Source: a virus
Lineage: Duplodnaviria > Caudoviricetes
DNA: 64,000 nt
IMG/VR virus record: IMGVR_UViG_3300025121_000013
Reading direction: 5' to 3' (one strand)
The notes under the pieces were generated by a model. The model ran no database searches. It had not been told where the DNA came from and worked only from the letters and a program-made list of their open reading frames with translations. The position numbers and the translations under genes were made by a program. Shown one piece after another: positions 28,034 through 38,183 of this stretch; the stretch's first letter is position 1; the number at the start of each line of letters is the position of its first letter.

Positions 28034-31000
28034 TTAAAGAAGACCTTGAGAAATTAAAGAGGTAAAAGGATCTAACTTTGATAAACTTTGATTATCTCCA
28101 TTTATATTATTGACATTCGTTTTGCTATTTGTATTTATGCTTGTAATTCTTGGGCCTAAAACATTATTAATATTTTCTGAAGATGATTTTATCGTGTCAG
28201 AAACTTTATTAGTTGCCCCTTCTAAAGCGTCGACTGTTTTTTCCCAATCAAGAAATTTTGAAGCGATATCATAATCGTAGCTCATTTCTTTTCCAAATGG
28301 AATTAAAGTATTTTTCTCATAAGCCTTTAATGCGTCCTTAGATTTTGTAGACAGTCTGTCTATAGTTTCTTTCATACCGGGAGGAATCTTGTTCTCCCAA
28401 ATTTGATAATATCTTTGAAAGTCTGCAATCTTTCTACTTTTCTCATCCTTAAATCTTTTTGTAAATGATTTATATGCATTACTTTCAAAGAATTCATTCA
28501 ATCTTGATTCACTTGGAATGCTAAATTGTCCATTATCCATATTTTCCAACTCGTATGGCAAATGGTAATATCTATCACTACCCATAATTAAATGTCCATC
28601 ACGTATTGCTTTACCTATTCTTTCTGAAACATTCGGACCAGAAAAAGCCCATACCCTTGCTCTTTCTGAAAGCATATCTGGAGTTACCAAATTAACAATA
28701 TTTTCTTGATTGTTTCTATTTCTCCATAATTCATTTTTAATATTTTCGATCCAATCAAACATCATTTTTTTATAATCTTCAAAACCTTCTGACGCTCCAG
28801 AAACTGCTTTCTTAAATAGAGTCTCTTCTTTTTTATCTTTTTCTTCTTTTCTTTTTGCCTCTTCTATTGCATATTCGGCTGAGGTTACAAATTTGTTAGC
28901 TTTTGGATCATATACAATAGTTTTATGTTGAACCAATGTACTAAATATTGTATCCGCGACTGAAGGGTCATTCCCAATCATTGCCGCTGCTTCTTGGCTA
29001 CATTTTCTTCTAATATCATTTAAAAATTCTCTAGATCTTTTTTCTGTCAAACCATCAACTTCTTTTTCATATGAAGTTTTATTTTTTTCCCTATTTCTTG
29101 CCCTTTGTATTTCTAAATCTTCATCATAAGAATAAATTGTCTCAGCTATAGTTTTGTATTTTCCACTTTTATCTTTATAGACTAATTCATTATCTAATAA
29201 ATATCTTGACCACTCAGCTATTCCTGAAGGATCATTGCCAAATAATTTCTTAGCTTCTTCTGAAGAATTTTCTAAAAATTTCTCTAAAAGATTTTTTTCT
29301 AATTTATAATCACCGATCTTTATTCCATCATGTATATTTTTACTAAATCTTTCTTTTGATAAATCAATAATATTTTCACGAATCTTTAGAGCTTCTGATA
29401 ATTGTAATTTTATTCTATCATGTCTACTTTGCTTAAATCCAATTTCAGAAGGAAACATATTCTTTCCACCTACGTTAACTATCGTACCGCTATTAAACAA
29501 TTTATTAAATTGGGAGGGTCCATCTTCTCCAAAACTGTTCAATAATTTCTGAACTTTTGAAGAAGAATTTTTACCTATGGTTTCAGAAAATACTTTATTA
29601 GCTTTATCTGTATGTTCTTTATTTTCTTTCATAATTGTATTATATTCTTTTATAATTTTATTTAAGTCAAGAATTCCTCCTGTTAAAGTTTTAATCAATT
29701 CATTTGATCCTGACCACATCTTTTCAAAAGTGGTTAATCTGTCTTTTGCTTTTAGAAAAATATTCGAAGCATTTCCCCATCCTTTAAAGAATTTCCATAT
29801 GCCTTTACCTATAAGATAGATTCCAGCAAAAACTGAAGTTCCTATTAATACATGCCATAGACCACTGAAGAAATCTTTTCCCCCATGTTTTAATTTTTGA
29901 AAAAACTCTCCTGATTTAAATTTATCTAATCTTTTCTCTAATTTATCAATAATACTTGATACTTTCTTTGACGTTTTGGATTTTAAAATCTTTTGAATAA
30001 AAGGAATCTTTACAATCCGTCCTAAAAATAATCCAACCACTGAAGTTCCCATAAACCATAAATCACCAAGAATATTTTTTGCAGTTGATGGTTTGGGAAT
30101 AACCGCCGTCGTTACCCCTGGAGGAATTATGACACCAGAATATCCATTGGATTCTTTATTAATTCTGATGTCCATTGGGCCATTAAATCTTTCATTGATC
30201 CAGCTTAATAAACCCTTTATTCCAGTTCCAATTTCTTCAAATATTTTAAATTGTTTTTCCACTATGAAATCATATAACTTTTTTAACAAAGATACTGGAG
30301 TTTCTTTTTCTACTATTTTCTTTCTTCTAAAATTCCATCCTCTTTCTGCCATAAGAAATTCAGATGTCTTTTTAAAATATTTAGATTTTCCTAAAAGTTT
30401 AAATACATCATTTACAGTGTTTGTTAGATCTCTAAATAAAAATTTTCCTATATTTATTGGAACCCCAATTCTTCTTCCTTCTAAACCAAGTTTTCGTCCA
30501 AAAATTGCATTCCATAAAAATTCACCAAAATCTTTTGGTTTTTTCTTTCCGTTACTATTGCCACCTAATCCAAACCCTTTAATCCAATCTGGCCCAGTTT
30601 GAATTATATCAATTAACTTATCAAATCTAAACATAGCTTCTTCATAAATGGTTCCTAATAAAGCTGGAAGAACTTCAAAAAAGTTTTTCGACTTTGGTAA
30701 ATCTGAAGAATATTTTCCTCTCTTTTTTACCAACCATTTAAATATTGATATTGGAGAAAAAACAAGTTTTGAAGTTAATTTTGTTAAAAGAACCATTTTT
30801 CTATAAAATGGATGTTCATCTAACATTTTTGTTTGAAACTTTTTGAATCCCTCAACCTTAGCTCCAATAGCGTCCCTAACTTCAAGAAGAGCTCTTAATT
30901 GACGAACATTAGCTGGCTCAGTATGTTCATTATATGACTCACTTAAAGCTCTAAAAGTACTTTTGAAAAATCCTTCTTTTTGATCTCTTTTCATATCTTT

Positions 31001-32014
31001 GATATATGTATTTAATTTTCTATTTGCGGCAACATTTAACGTCATAACATTTAAAAGTCTTTTTGTTGTGGCTAAAAATGTATGTTGATCTTTTCTTCTT
31101 TTTGTTGTGACTTCTCCGGTTTTTAACTCTTTTAAGGTTTTACTAATTTCATCAAACTTTTCAACCATCTGGTTTGCAGACATCACAACTTCTCCGGCGT
31201 GCACTCTAGCAAGACCGGATTTTGTAATAAAACCACCTTTTGAAAGATGGGGAATATTTTCCTCACCTCTTGCAATCTCTATTGTCTTTTTAGATAATTT
31301 TCCCTTAGAGCCTTTTTCATTCATTTTAGCTTCAGTGCTAGCTTTTTGAAATATATAAGATTTATATGTGTATTGTCGAATTGTTTTTAATTCTTGTAAA
31401 ATAGAAACTAATAAGCTAGACTGCTCAAATTCTGTATCTCCTTGAGTCTGTTGAACATATTGGGAGACCGATCCTTTTGGACGTTGCGCAAGACGTGCCG
31501 CATAAATTAATTTTCTTCCACCTCTCTTTCTAAAAGAGTTTCTAACTCGGCTAGCGGCTCCAGAAATCTTTTCCTTCATTTTTGAAAATATATTTTGAAA
31601 GGCTGGTGTCTCAACCATTTTCCCAACAAAATATCCAATCACTGGACTTATTTTACTTAAAGACCCGGCAACAAGATTTCCTTTATTTACATTCATATCT
31701 TCAGATATTTTTTTACTAAAATCAGCTAAAACACTTCCTGTCATTTTTGTAGCTGACACAACAGTGTTTTTCATTCCTACCATAGCGCTCTTAGAAACCA
31801 TAGCGATACTTGACATTGCCATTTTCGAAACTGAGCTTATTTCTCTTTGAGTTTTTTCTCTTGAACGCATAGCGCTTTCAGTAAATGAAGACTTCGCCAT
31901 ATTAGATCTTGAATTAATTCTTTTAGAATATTCATATGCTTTATCCATAGTACTTTCCGAATTTCTAATATCTTCTTTTGATCTAAACTCGGAAGGATCA
32001 ATGTCAATCGCCAT
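28034..32014 (-). CDS. Tape-measure-like protein
   Basis: 1326 aa, mainly helical, hydrophobic segments, LSKGGFITKSGLARVHAGEVVM motif. Confidence 0.7.
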   Translation of the reverse strand: MAIDIDPSEFRSKEDIRNSESTMDKAYEYSKRINSRSNMAKSSFTESAMRSREKTQREISSVSKMAMSSIAMVSKSAMVGMKNTVVSATKMTGSVLADFSKKISEDMNVNKGNLVAGSLSKISPVIGYFVGKMVETPAFQNIFSKMKEKISGAASRVRNSFRKRGGRKLIYAARLAQRPKGSVSQYVQQTQGDTEFEQSSLLVSILQELKTIRQYTYKSYIFQKASTEAKMNEKGSKGKLSKKTIEIARGEENIPHLSKGGFITKSGLARVHAGEVVMSANQMVEKFDEISKTLKELKTGEVTTKRRKDQHTFLATTKRLLNVMTLNVAANRKLNTYIKDMKRDQKEGFFKSTFRALSESYNEHTEPANVRQLRALLEVRDAIGAKVEGFKKFQTKMLDEHPFYRKMVLLTKLTSKLVFSPISIFKWLVKKRGKYSSDLPKSKNFFEVLPALLGTIYEEAMFRFDKLIDIIQTGPDWIKGFGLGGNSNGKKKPKDFGEFLWNAIFGRKLGLEGRRIGVPINIGKFLFRDLTNTVNDVFKLLGKSKYFKKTSEFLMAERGWNFRRKKIVEKETPVSLLKKLYDFIVEKQFKIFEEIGTGIKGLLSWINERFNGPMDIRINKESNGYSGVIIPPGVTTAVIPKPSTAKNILGDLWFMGTSVVGLFLGRIVKIPFIQKILKSKTSKKVSSIIDKLEKRLDKFKSGEFFQKLKHGGKDFFSGLWHVLIGTSVFAGIYLIGKGIWKFFKGWGNASNIFLKAKDRLTTFEKMWSGSNELIKTLTGGILDLNKIIKEYNTIMKENKEHTDKANKVFSETIGKNSSSKVQKLLNSFGEDGPSQFNKLFNSGTIVNVGGKNMFPSEIGFKQSRHDRIKLQLSEALKIRENIIDLSKERFSKNIHDGIKIGDYKLEKNLLEKFLENSSEEAKKLFGNDPSGIAEWSRYLLDNELVYKDKSGKYKTIAETIYSYDEDLEIQRARNREKNKTSYEKEVDGLTEKRSREFLNDIRRKCSQEAAAMIGNDPSVADTIFSTLVQHKTIVYDPKANKFVTSAEYAIEEAKRKEEKDKKEETLFKKAVSGASEGFEDYKKMMFDWIENIKNELWRNRNNQENIVNLVTPDMLSERARVWAFSGPNVSERIGKAIRDGHLIMGSDRYYHLPYELENMDNGQFSIPSESRLNEFFESNAYKSFTKRFKDEKSRKIADFQRYYQIWENKIPPGMKETIDRLSTKSKDALKAYEKNTLIPFGKEMSYDYDIASKFLDWEKTVDALEGATNKVSDTIKSSSENINNVLGPRITSINTNSKTNVNNINGDNQSLSKLDPFTSLISQGLL

Positions 32015-32029
32015 AATTTAAAACTCCTA

Positions 32030-32896
32030 TTATATCTTTTTAAACATTTGTATAATTTTTGTATTTTTTAAATTGTTCTCTAAAAAGACAGATATCGGTT
32101 CAGAAGGATAAACCAATTCTTGACCGGGAACGTTTACTATTTTTAACCCAAATGCCTTTTTATAAGAGATTGCTATTTTTCTTAATATATTTATTTTAGT
32201 TTTATATATCTTCATAAAAGCTTCTGGGCTCAATATAAAAATTCTAGCCGTTGAGATATATTCAGTTAATATTTTTTCAAATTCAATACTATCCAATAAA
32301 GATTTCTCTCTAAAAGTATTTTGTAGAATCCTATATAACTCTATAAACTTTTGACTTAAGTCTCTTCTCTCTTCTAATTCAAAATTATTAAAAATAAATT
32401 TGACTATTTCTAAAGAATCTATTTTATTTGATAATCTAAACATTTCAAAATACAATTCAGAATAGAAAGAATTTAATTCATCATTAAAAATATTCAAAAA
32501 ACTATTAGGGGATTCTTGAGAAACATAATGAACACATTCATGCACTGTAGTTTTTGTTAATTCTAAATCATTGGTTTTGGATAAGATATTTACATTATTA
32601 TCTATCAAGATATATATTTTCTTTTTTTCAATAAATGCAGATATATATTTATTAGGACTATAACCTGATAATTTATATCCTATAAATCTTAATAATCCAC
32701 GATTCATAAAACAGGGAATTATAATATTTTTATTTACCAAAGAATTTATTTCTTTTTCCAATTCTGGATTTTCAGCTTGAATAATTTGAAGAAATTTTTC
32801 TTTTAAATTATCTGACGTATATAATTTAATACCATCTATAGAATCTATTTTTTTAAGACCTATAGGCAAAACAAAAAGTTCTGTCAAATCTGTCAT
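32030..32896 (-). CDS. Hypothetical protein with HExxH (putative Zn peptidase)
   Basis: TTVHECVHY. Confidence 0.5.
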   Translation of the reverse strand: MTDLTELFVLPIGLKKIDSIDGIKLYTSDNLKEKFLQIIQAENPELEKEINSLVNKNIIIPCFMNRGLLRFIGYKLSGYSPNKYISAFIEKKKIYILIDNNVNILSKTNDLELTKTTVHECVHYVSQESPNSFLNIFNDELNSFYSELYFEMFRLSNKIDSLEIVKFIFNNFELEERRDLSQKFIELYRILQNTFREKSLLDSIEFEKILTEYISTARIFILSPEAFMKIYKTKINILRKIAISYKKAFGLKIVNVPGQELVYPSEPISVFLENNLKNTKIIQMFKKI

Positions 32897-32898
32897 TT

Positions 32899-34515
32899 TT
32901 ATTCCATATTAAAAAGATCTAAAGTATTGATAAATCCATTTAAATTATCTTGCTTAACCACCTTTGTAATACTTTCATTCATTGTACGCGTTTGATATAA
33001 TCCATCATTTAGATTTATCACATCGCTTAAATTATGAATCTGTTCTGGAGATTGAGTCATATTTATCATAGTCGGTGGATCATATTTTCTCACATAAAAA
33101 CAAAATGATGTTGATAATGCAAGGTCATCATTCATCCCTGTATCCGCTTCAACCCTCCCATTATTTTTTTCAATTAAACCAACTAGTTCTAAAGCTAAAC
33201 GTTTTGACTTAACTATTTCTGGATATTTTACAACATAAGAATATAAAGCATCAATCATCAAAGGTCTTGATTTTCCTGTTGTAGATAAACCCAACTTTAC
33301 ATCTTTCCCTCTATTTTCTCGATATATTTGATTTGCTATTTCATTGTCGGCATTTAATCCACTTAAAACTTCTCCACCATACCCTCCAGTATTTTCAACA
33401 ATTATCAATGAATTTCTATATTGATAAGCTGCTGCCTTAACAACTTTTATAAAATCTGGGATTGGGAGTTTTCCTAAAAATTCCCAGACTTGTTCTAAAG
33501 TTTCATAATCCCAAATGGTTATTGCAGATTTATCACTTGCATATTCTGAAGCCGTATCAACGCCGATAAGATAAAACTTTCCAGATTGAGGGGGACAAAA
33601 TTCATACACAGAACCTGAAAAAAGTCTAAGTTCTTTATAAGGAATTTTTCTATCTTCTTGTAAATATATAACAATATCTTCAGGAAAAAATGTTCCTGAG
33701 GTTGAAACGAATTTTAGTTCAAGTTCCTGATTGATTTTCTTTGGATCATTATCTGCTAATTCACATTGTGTTTTATACCAAAGAGGATCATTGGCTAAAA
33801 CATTTATATCTCTCCAATGAATAACAAATGGCTTAAAAATATAATCTTCAGAAATAGCTTTACTATATTTATCAAAAAACCATTTTCCCACACCTACAGT
33901 TTTATTTGGAGTTGATAAAATAACTGTCCCATATGGAACATCATTTTTTTTCGCTTGCATTTGGTTTGTTGAAAGTGTTGAGATCATTGATGTCCAAGCT
34001 TCATCAATGAATTTGATAAAAGCGGCTTCGTCGATAATTAAAAATGTTACGGCCTTTCCTCTTAAAGTTTTATCTGGAGCGTTTGGGGCGACTGGAGTCG
34101 CATAACATTTTGAGCCATTAGATAATCTAAATGTTCTTTCAGTCTTTTTCGTAAATTTTGGCTTCATCCATATAGGCAGTTCTTCAATAATACCTATGAT
34201 AAATCTAGCAAAGTCTGTAGCTTCAGGGGCGTCTTTTGAAATCAACCCTATAACCACGTTTTTATAAAACACACAAAGCCAAGCAGCATATGCCTGAAGA
34301 ATTGTAGAGATTCCTATTTGTCGACTTTTCAAAACTAATACGAATTTATTATCTTCAACTTTCTCTATCAATTCTAATTGTTTATCATATGGATTCATCA
34401 GAACTTGTTTTCCTGGCAAATTCAATATAACATAATGTTTACAAAAATATTCAAAATCAGTTTTACATTTATGGATTTCTATAATATATTTTTCTATTTG
34501 TTGTTCTTTAGTCAT
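32899..34515 (-). CDS. terL: Terminase large subunit
   Basis: LVLKSRQIGIST (Walker A region), LIIDEAAF (Walker B), STPN, IGVDTA and NDDLAL nuclease motifs; GGAG RBS before ATG 34515. Confidence 0.95.
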   Translation of the reverse strand: MTKEQQIEKYIIEIHKCKTDFEYFCKHYVILNLPGKQVLMNPYDKQLELIEKVEDNKFVLVLKSRQIGISTILQAYAAWLCVFYKNVVIGLISKDAPEATDFARFIIGIIEELPIWMKPKFTKKTERTFRLSNGSKCYATPVAPNAPDKTLRGKAVTFLIIDEAAFIKFIDEAWTSMISTLSTNQMQAKKNDVPYGTVILSTPNKTVGVGKWFFDKYSKAISEDYIFKPFVIHWRDINVLANDPLWYKTQCELADNDPKKINQELELKFVSTSGTFFPEDIVIYLQEDRKIPYKELRLFSGSVYEFCPPQSGKFYLIGVDTASEYASDKSAITIWDYETLEQVWEFLGKLPIPDFIKVVKAAAYQYRNSLIIVENTGGYGGEVLSGLNADNEIANQIYRENRGKDVKLGLSTTGKSRPLMIDALYSYVVKYPEIVKSKRLALELVGLIEKNNGRVEADTGMNDDLALSTSFCFYVRKYDPPTMINMTQSPEQIHNLSDVINLNDGLYQTRTMNESITKVVKQDNLNGFINTLDLFNME

Positions 34516-34530
34516 TTCATAATTCTCCAT

Positions 34531-34544
34531 TTTATATTTGTTCT
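34531..34544 (-). promoter_or_regulatory. Putative late promoter AGAACAAATATAAA
   Basis: Immediately upstream of the terminase RBS. Confidence 0.7.
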
Positions 34545-34568
34545 TTGGTTTTCTTATCTTCCTTTCTT

Positions 34569-34584
34569 CTATATATATTAATAA
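34569..34584. promoter_or_regulatory. 16-bp AT box (second copy)
   Basis: CTATATATATTAATAA is the reverse complement of 14684-14699. Confidence 0.55.
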
Positions 34585-34588
34585 CTGA

Positions 34589-34833
34589 TAGGATTTTATT
34601 GGTTAACTCTTGGCGAGTTATATTAAGTTCCAATATTATCCTACTCACTCAAAAGATCTGGGTGGTCCAGATCGGGTTCCTAGAAAGGGAGAAGATGATC
34701 GAAGAACCTTTTATTTTGAGGCCGATTTTGAATAACCTTCCTACTAATTTTAATTTTTTCCTATTCTAAAAATAGATATGTTTTTCTTTTAAAAATCACA
34801 TAAAGCGGTGGGGGTTTCCCACTGCTTTTTTTT
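34589..34833 (+). ncRNA. Candidate structured non-coding RNA or cis DNA element
   Basis: Nested stems TAGGAT/ATCCTA, ATTGG/CCAAT, TAACTC/GAGTTA; CTCAAAA/TTTTGAG enclosing GATCTGG/CCAGATC and GGTTC/GAACC; ends in a + strand terminator. Confidence 0.4.
34802..34833 (+). terminator. Intrinsic terminator (T8 on +; may also end the hub gene on -)
   Basis: AAAGCGGTGGG-GGTTT-CCCACTGCTTT followed by a T run. Confidence 0.8.
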
Positions 34834-34841
34834 GTACAATT

Positions 34842-36089
34842 TTATATTGAAGTTTGATTGGTTCTTATTAAATTCATTGTTGCCGTTGCTAACCAATCTT
34901 GTTGTCTTCTTAAATTTACCTCGGTCGATTTCAATATATAATTTCCTGACAAGCTTCCAAAGTCTTTTGTTCTTGAAGAAAACTTTACACAAGTTCCAAT
35001 TAATAAAGCTTTAGATAAAATAATATTTCTCTCGACCTGAAGAGTGAGAGGAGATAATTCCGATAAATTTTTTGCTAAAAATGAATTGATAAAGTGATCA
35101 GAATCATCTTGACCAGTATCATTATAAACATTGATTCTTCGATCATTGATTATATATGGGTTTAAATATGTTTCATCATTGCCGCTTATTAAACCTAAAT
35201 TTTTAAAAGAATCTGTTATATTCTTTTCAATTTTTTTGTACAATTTATTTTTTGGTTTAGAAATATTCATAATATTTGGAGCCATATAACTAAACATTGA
35301 ATTTCCATTATACCCAGAAGAAACTGCGGTATAGGTATACATATATTCATATTCTTTTTTACTAGAAAGATTTTCAATAAAGGTGGTATTATCTTCTCCG
35401 ATGCCTAAATGATAAATTATAAAAGATTGTTTTTGTTTTATAATATTTGATAAATTTTTAATTTTGATATTTCCTAAATGATCAGAAAATACAATTGGAC
35501 ACCCATCATAAATTCCAAAATTATCATCTATATATTTTATCGCTTGATAAAAAGACATAGAGGGAATTAATATTTGATCTATCACATCAGAATTGATTTT
35601 CCCATTATCAATTTCAATAGTTCCATATCCAGAATTATATTTTTGATAAAGCCTTGTGATGATATTTAAAACAGATTCATTTCTAAAAATTTCATTTACC
35701 GTTGATGTCATTATATAAAATGAAATGGAAGGGATTGTTACAAATGAAACAGGAATTCTATCAACCATTTCTGAGCCCAATTGTCCAGGTTGCATTGAAA
35801 ACTTTTTATCTATACGTAATAAAAGAAGTTCATAATTAAAAGTATCTAAAATAATATTTGATTCGGTTAATAATTTAATGGATAATTTTAAAGGGTCTTT
35901 TCCATATATTTTATTTAAAATAATATCTCTTGGATCCATTAAAAGATCAATTATTATTGTAGGATAAGGAACAGTGATTCCAGATAAAATTCTTATATTT
36001 GTAATTTCTTGACTATAATCCTGACCCTGAACTCTAAATATAATATCATAACTTTGAGAAGGCTTAAACCTAACTTCATTTGGTTTCAT
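34842..36089 (-). CDS. Baseplate hub / tail protein (gp27/VgrG-hub-like)
   Basis: DQILIPSM.FYQAI.YI..NFG; C-terminal LSGNYIL.S pattern; AAGGAG before ATG 36089. Confidence 0.55.
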   Translation of the reverse strand: MKPNEVRFKPSQSYDIIFRVQGQDYSQEITNIRILSGITVPYPTIIIDLLMDPRDIILNKIYGKDPLKLSIKLLTESNIILDTFNYELLLLRIDKKFSMQPGQLGSEMVDRIPVSFVTIPSISFYIMTSTVNEIFRNESVLNIITRLYQKYNSGYGTIEIDNGKINSDVIDQILIPSMSFYQAIKYIDDNFGIYDGCPIVFSDHLGNIKIKNLSNIIKQKQSFIIYHLGIGEDNTTFIENLSSKKEYEYMYTYTAVSSGYNGNSMFSYMAPNIMNISKPKNKLYKKIEKNITDSFKNLGLISGNDETYLNPYIINDRRINVYNDTGQDDSDHFINSFLAKNLSELSPLTLQVERNIILSKALLIGTCVKFSSRTKDFGSLSGNYILKSTEVNLRRQQDWLATATMNLIRTNQTSI

Positions 36090-36107
36090 AATTTTTAATC
36101 TCCTTAC

Positions 36108-36123
36108 ATTTATATTTTGTTCT
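36108..36123 (-). promoter_or_regulatory. Putative late promoter AGAACAAAATATAAAT
   Basis: Identical to the 14728 motif; directly before the RBS. Confidence 0.75.
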
Positions 36124-36135
36124 AAAAAAATGTAC

Positions 36136-36178
36136 AAAAAAATGAGCCGGGAAAGATACAAACTCCTGGCTCATTTTT
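36136..36178 (-). terminator. Intrinsic terminator ending the accessory block
   Basis: AAAAATGAGCCGGGA / TCCTGGCTCATTTTT; T7 tract on the minus strand. Confidence 0.85.
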
Positions 36179-36208
36179 ATTAAAATTGAGTTATCTATTC
36201 TTTTCATT

Positions 36209-36439
36209 TTAAAATTTCCAAGTCAAATATTTTTTTTGTTTTTTAATTGTTTTATTCCAATTAAATTCTTCTCCTTCCGCTAACCAATATGAAATAGGAA
36301 CTGAAAATGACATTAAGAAAAGAATTTTCAATCCAAGTTCAGTTGGAGTTTCTAAAAACACTATAAATAAAACAAGAGATAAAATAAAACTTAAAACAAA
36401 TAAAAGTCTGAACATTACTCGTAAAAAGCCTATCATCAT
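36209..36439 (-). CDS. Small membrane protein
   Basis: Two hydrophobic helices. Confidence 0.6.
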   Translation of the reverse strand: MMIGFLRVMFRLLFVLSFILSLVLFIVFLETPTELGLKILFLMSFSVPISYWLAEGEEFNWNKTIKKQKKYLTWKF

Positions 36440-36442
36440 ATA

Positions 36443-36829
36443 TCAATAGAATTGACTATTTTTATCCATTGCTTCAATAATATCAATTCTATGATCGATT
36501 ATCTCTAATGTTTTTTCATAAGATTTTCTTTCCTCTTCAAATTCCTTAAAGAATTTTTCCCTCTCTAATCTTAAATTTTTTAATAGCACAGATTTAGCTT
36601 CATCAAAAGATGCGGTATATAGGAAAGAATAATTATGTTTAAAAGGATAACCATAGATAACTGTGTTAGATAAAACTATAGGTTCTTTTAAAATTACGCT
36701 ATCTTTTGTCACGCCCTTAATTGCTCTATATTCTAATTTTGGAGGTCCATTCCATTCGGCATACCACATGAATTTAACGCTCTCATCAATTTCAATATTC
36801 GGCGGAGGCCATATCTTTTTACACATCAA
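36443..36829 (-). CDS. Hypothetical protein
   Basis: 128-aa ORF in operon. Confidence 0.6.
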   Translation of the reverse strand: MMCKKIWPPPNIEIDESVKFMWYAEWNGPPKLEYRAIKGVTKDSVILKEPIVLSNTVIYGYPFKHNYSFLYTASFDEAKSVLLKNLRLEREKFFKEFEEERKSYEKTLEIIDHRIDIIEAMDKNSQFY

Positions 36830-37004
36830 GTTCTTCTGGGTTATTATTTTTATCTTTTTTTATAAGATTAAAAATTAAACGAATCTCAAATAATATCATA
36901 ATCCCACATATAAAAAATATGAATAAACTTTTAAATATAAATAATAAAATTATAAATATAATACATGCTAAGATATTAAAAATCAAAAATCCCTTATCAT
37001 TCAT
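36819..37004 (-). CDS. Small membrane protein
   Basis: Two hydrophobic helices. Confidence 0.55.
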   Translation of the reverse strand: MNDKGFLIFNILACIIFIILLFIFKSLFIFFICGIMILFEIRLIFNLIKKDKNNNPEELDV

Positions 37005-37007
37005 TTT

Positions 37008-38183
37008 TTAATGCCTTTCAGTTCTATTTTTAGAAGATAAATAAGAAAACCCTAAACATTTTATATAGTTGGAAAAACTGATTGAATATTTTTTTGGAAT
37101 AATAACAATTCCTTCCCTAAGATGTTTATTAGTTATTTCTGATGGACTATCGGCTAATTCTCTTAATTGATCGATTGACTTAAAAGTAGTCGTATGAATC
37201 TGAACAACAGGAATTTCCCTTTCTTTACAATGTTCTATAATTTCTTCAGGACTCCATAATCTATTTTTATCTCTGATAGCAAAAATTCTAATTGTTTCCT
37301 CCCCAATTTTTAAACCATAATTTAAATGTTGAACTTTACCACCATATAATTCTCCATAATAAACTAATCCAGGTTCAATTTTAGTTTTTAATAATTTAGA
37401 ATAAACCTTCCAATAAATAGATGGCTCCAAATCTAAATTAATAGCTTTTCTTTTAGAAATAAATTTTCTAATGAAGTTTATAAATATAACAAAATATTTA
37501 AGCCATAATGGTATTGGATCATATGGGTTAAAAAGAGTTGAATTGTGTGTCCCGACAAAATCCTCAAAGGATTTAGATTTAGGATTTTCTAAACGACCAC
37601 ATCTAAATTGAGTTCCATGTATTTTTTCTGAATAATTGATTTCCTCTCCTTCTTTTAATAGGGTTGTATCATTTAAGATATTATTATTAACATGAAATAA
37701 CTGTTTAAAAATATTAGGAACATTTCTTCTAAAATGAAAACTTAAAATTTTTCCAACTAAAGTATTTTTTTCAGAAGGAAATAATTGCTCCATAAATAAT
37801 TCAGGTGGATCTTCCCATTTCATAATATATGGTAAATATTTTAAAACCTTTTCTTTATCAACAATCAATCCTTCAGAAATATTTCCTCTTAATTTAACGA
37901 CTTTCACTTTTCCTCTGGATAGATAATTTGTAATATTTAGCTCTTCTGCTAAAATTTCAGGAAGAACTGATTCTGCTGGAATTACAAATACCTTTTTTCC
38001 AATTTGATGAAGTCCTTTTTGGGATATAAATCTCCAACCCATTTCTTCAACTATAATACATTCTAAATTATCTGAATTCTCCGCAGGAATAATTTTAGAA
38101 ATTGTAACTTCTTTTACATATGGGGAAATATCACAATGAGACACATCCCTTGCATAGGATATGACCATTCTATTCATCTCCAT
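37008..38183 (-). CDS. RNA ligase, Rnl2/DRB0094-like with N-terminal OB domain
   Basis: IPAENSDNLE N-terminus; YSEKIHGTQ (KxxG), YYGELYG, REGIVI. Confidence 0.85.
   Translation of the reverse strand: MEMNRMVISYARDVSHCDISPYVKEVTISKIIPAENSDNLECIIVEEMGWRFISQKGLHQIGKKVFVIPAESVLPEILAEELNITNYLSRGKVKVVKLRGNISEGLIVDKEKVLKYLPYIMKWEDPPELFMEQLFPSEKNTLVGKILSFHFRRNVPNIFKQLFHVNNNILNDTTLLKEGEEINYSEKIHGTQFRCGRLENPKSKSFEDFVGTHNSTLFNPYDPIPLWLKYFVIFINFIRKFISKRKAINLDLEPSIYWKVYSKLLKTKIEPGLVYYGELYGGKVQHLNYGLKIGEETIRIFAIRDKNRLWSPEEIIEHCKEREIPVVQIHTTTFKSIDQLRELADSPSEITNKHLREGIVIIPKKYSISFSNYIKCLGFSYLSSKNRTERH

Noticed and set aside
29577-31349. Plus-strand ORFs inside the tape measure gene, and similar shadows in purA/vWA, ligase and folE2
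   Set aside because: Fully antisense to well-supported genes.
32899-34515. Intron or intein in terminase
   Set aside because: Continuous ORF of normal length with motifs in order and no intein or homing-endonuclease motifs.
34545-34769. 74-aa ORF over the structured region
   Set aside because: No RBS and it would overlap the terminase promoter; the stems explain the sequence better.
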